From Marsupella aquatica (taxonomy: Eukaryota > Plantae > Marchantiophyta), in assembly GCA_973895155.1 (NCBI GenBank), contig OZ316899.1:12961934-13025933 (forward strand): a stretch of 64,000 bases of DNA. The letters run 5' to 3'. Both the position numbers and the translations under genes were made by a program. Shown here one piece after another: positions 61,908 through 64,000 of this stretch (the stretch's first letter is position 1; every line of letters starts with the position of its first letter). The notes under the pieces were generated by a model. That model saw only the letters and a program-made list of their open reading frames with translations. It had not been told where the DNA came from and searched no databases.

Positions 61908-64000
61908 ATGCCCGTCACCCAATCTCAAGCCACTTACTTGAGAAGATTGACCAGCAAACGAGAGAGTGCGGCCACAACAAGCTCCAAATCCTCAAGCTCG
62001 GAGGATTTGCTATCGCCTTGATGAATGAACATACCATCGGGACCTTCGGGGTCCGGACCAGTTGGTCCTGCTCCGGTCCCTGTTGCGCCACCGCTAGCAG
62101 TACCAATGGCAGCAGCCCCACCGGCTATGGCCTGCGCTGCCCTTCCCCCACAAGTATCGCAACGGTCATGGTTCATTATCGACCTTTCAAAGGGCGTCAT
62201 GGGGACGATCTGGATGAATGGTTGGATGAATTTGAAGCCACTGCTAAGGCCAATGGGGAAGATGCCATTAAGCTAACCATCCTCCCCGGTGTGATGCAAG
62301 GAGAGGCTCGTCCATGGTACAGCTTGCTGCCACCCGGGACCACATGGGCACAATTCCAAGCTGCGTTGCTGCAAGAGTTTCGTGCCATTGGATCAGAGCA
62401 GCGGTCTTTATTAAAGATTGGCCACCTTCGCATGGGAAAGAAGGAATCCTTGCGAAAGTTCATTCAGAAGTTTCAAAAACTTGCCGCCAAGATCCGGCCA
62501 AGGCCAGGGGATGCGCTCCAGCTTATGTGGTTTCTCCACGGTTTGCCCACAAATATGCAATTTTGGGTGTGCCAAAATAACCCGATTTCAATGCAAGCGG
62601 CCATAGCGTGCGCCGAAACCTATCGGGAATCCACTTATAACTCTTGGCAAAGTCAACGGGCACACCGACAAAAGGGCAAATACAAAACCTTCAGTGACAG
62701 TGACTCCGAATCGGACGACAAGAAGAAGAAGAAACGCAAGAAGAAGAAGAAACATCGTTCGACCTTGTCTAGTTCAGAGACAGAATCTAGTTTGGATTTG
62801 ACTTCTACTAGCAAATCCTCCACTTCCAACTCATCGGGAAGTGATTTGGAGAGCGAGAGCCAGAGCAAGAAGAAGAAGAGGCGAGCTAAGAAGGAAGAGA
62901 AGGTCAAGCCTCGTGTTTGACAAACGATCCCCAATCCAAAGGCTGCTGAAGCAGACAAGCTCAATGAAATTACGGATCATCTCAAAGCATTGTCGGTACA
63001 CCTTGCGGACAAGCCTGTGGAGAAAAAGAAACCTTCCGAGACCCGAGCACACGCATGGTGCTCCAAGTGTTTCCAATCCGGGCACGTGGTGCAAGAATGC
63101 CCGCAATGGAAGAATAGGGTCCATCAGGTGGAATTGGAGGACCCTAACAGCCCGGGGCCAAAACCGGAGTCCATCGAGTACTTCTTCAACGATGCCACGG
63201 ATTCTGTCTACCAGATTTCCACGATGGGTCCACGCAACTTAGCTGGTAGAACGGCTTACCCTTACCCAAACAATGGCAAGAATGTCTAGGTTATCAGTAA
63301 CCCGAGCATTCCTCCTAAACCCAGGATTTGGCGATCCCCAGTTTGTTACAACTGTGAGAAGCCGGGTTACTTTGCCAGGGAATGCACCGAGCCAAGACGA
63401 CAGGGAGATGGCCGAGGCACTCCACTATGTCAAGTTTGCAAGACTGAGGCCCACTCCACGGCCAATTGCCCGTTGGTGATCGCTGCTCGAGCAAGCGCAG
63501 CCAGGCCGGCCCTGGGAGGTCTTGCTACTAACGATGCTATCATACAAATGATCGCTGTAGAATGGCAAGATGATACCACGGAATGGGTGAACCTGGTGGA
63601 TGTGGTGGAACACCCAAACCCGTCGGACGAAGTCGAGTGCTACCGCGTGGCGACTCGCGCCAAACAAAAGCAAGAGAAACAAGAAGAGAAGCATTGGAAG
63701 AAGCAAGATACAACCCCAGTGCAGCCAGCAGTAGAAATCTCCCCAGAGGAGGATGATGACTACCGACAAGATGACCCAAAACTATTCTTCCCCCATATCA
63801 AAGAATTGGTTAAGAAGCAGTTGGAGGCTTATGAAGCACGCAAATACCAGAAGGCTATCGACAAGGATATCAAAGCAGCTAAAGTCGCCCAACGACAAGA
63901 GCGGGAGAAGCAACAGGAGGAACCCCAGCAGCATCCCAAGGAAGAGAAGAAGGAGGACTACGATATCCGGCAAGACGTGAAAAGTTGCCCGGTCACGGCA
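61908..64000 (+). pseudogene. Gypsy gag(-pol) with three zinc-knuckle-like motifs, mutated
   Basis: Starts MPVTQSQ. Capsid region RPFKGRHGDDLDEWLDEFEATAKANGED...QGEARPWY; Ser/Lys-rich linker; knuckles CSKCFQSGHVVQEC, CYNCEKPGYFAREC and CQVCKTEAHSTANC. Several CGA>TGA-type stops and frameshifts. Confidence 0.88.

Larger units (their letters stand above)
57776..64000 (+). mobile_element. Ty3/gypsy (non-chromovirus, Athila/Tat/Phygy-like) LTR retrotransposon nested in copia element 2; continues past the window
   Basis: Starts TGTGACA where the copia sequence breaks and GC content rises (left flank ACAAT). TATAAAA at 58143. Candidate LTR end CGTGACA at 61779. PBS-like TGGCGCTAG at 61792. Gag from 61908. 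Confidence 0.85.

Overview
Eukaryotic plant DNA with spliceosomal introns and many transposons. The MADS protein looks like those of non-seed plants (bryophyte/liverwort is my inference). Left to right: (1) a decayed PIF/Harbinger element (<1-2519); (2) a full-length but mutated Ty1/copia element of the Bianca type with both LTRs and a TGTAC target-site duplication (2887-8732); (3) three Helitrons of one family packed into about 42 bp of host sequence: two short minus-strand copies (9704-10986, 10994-11480) and an 11.5-kb element (11516-23063). The large one carries a captured polyamine-oxidase exon and an uninterrupted 15-exon, about 1750-aa Rep/helicase gene; (4) 744 bp further on, the one clear host gene, an 8-exon MIKCc MADS-box gene (23808-48555, 264 aa) with a 21.1-kb intron inside the K domain; (5) a decayed, intron-containing gene resembling a beta-class N4/N6 DNA methyltransferase (minus strand, about 52493-54215). 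It is cut by a second Bianca copia element (from 54311), which is itself cut by a Ty3/gypsy element (from 57776). In that gypsy element a 2.6-kb Athila-like accessory ORF lies upstream of the primer-binding site, apparently inside a roughly 4-kb LTR. All calls come from manual reading, translation and motif recognition; no database searches were run.
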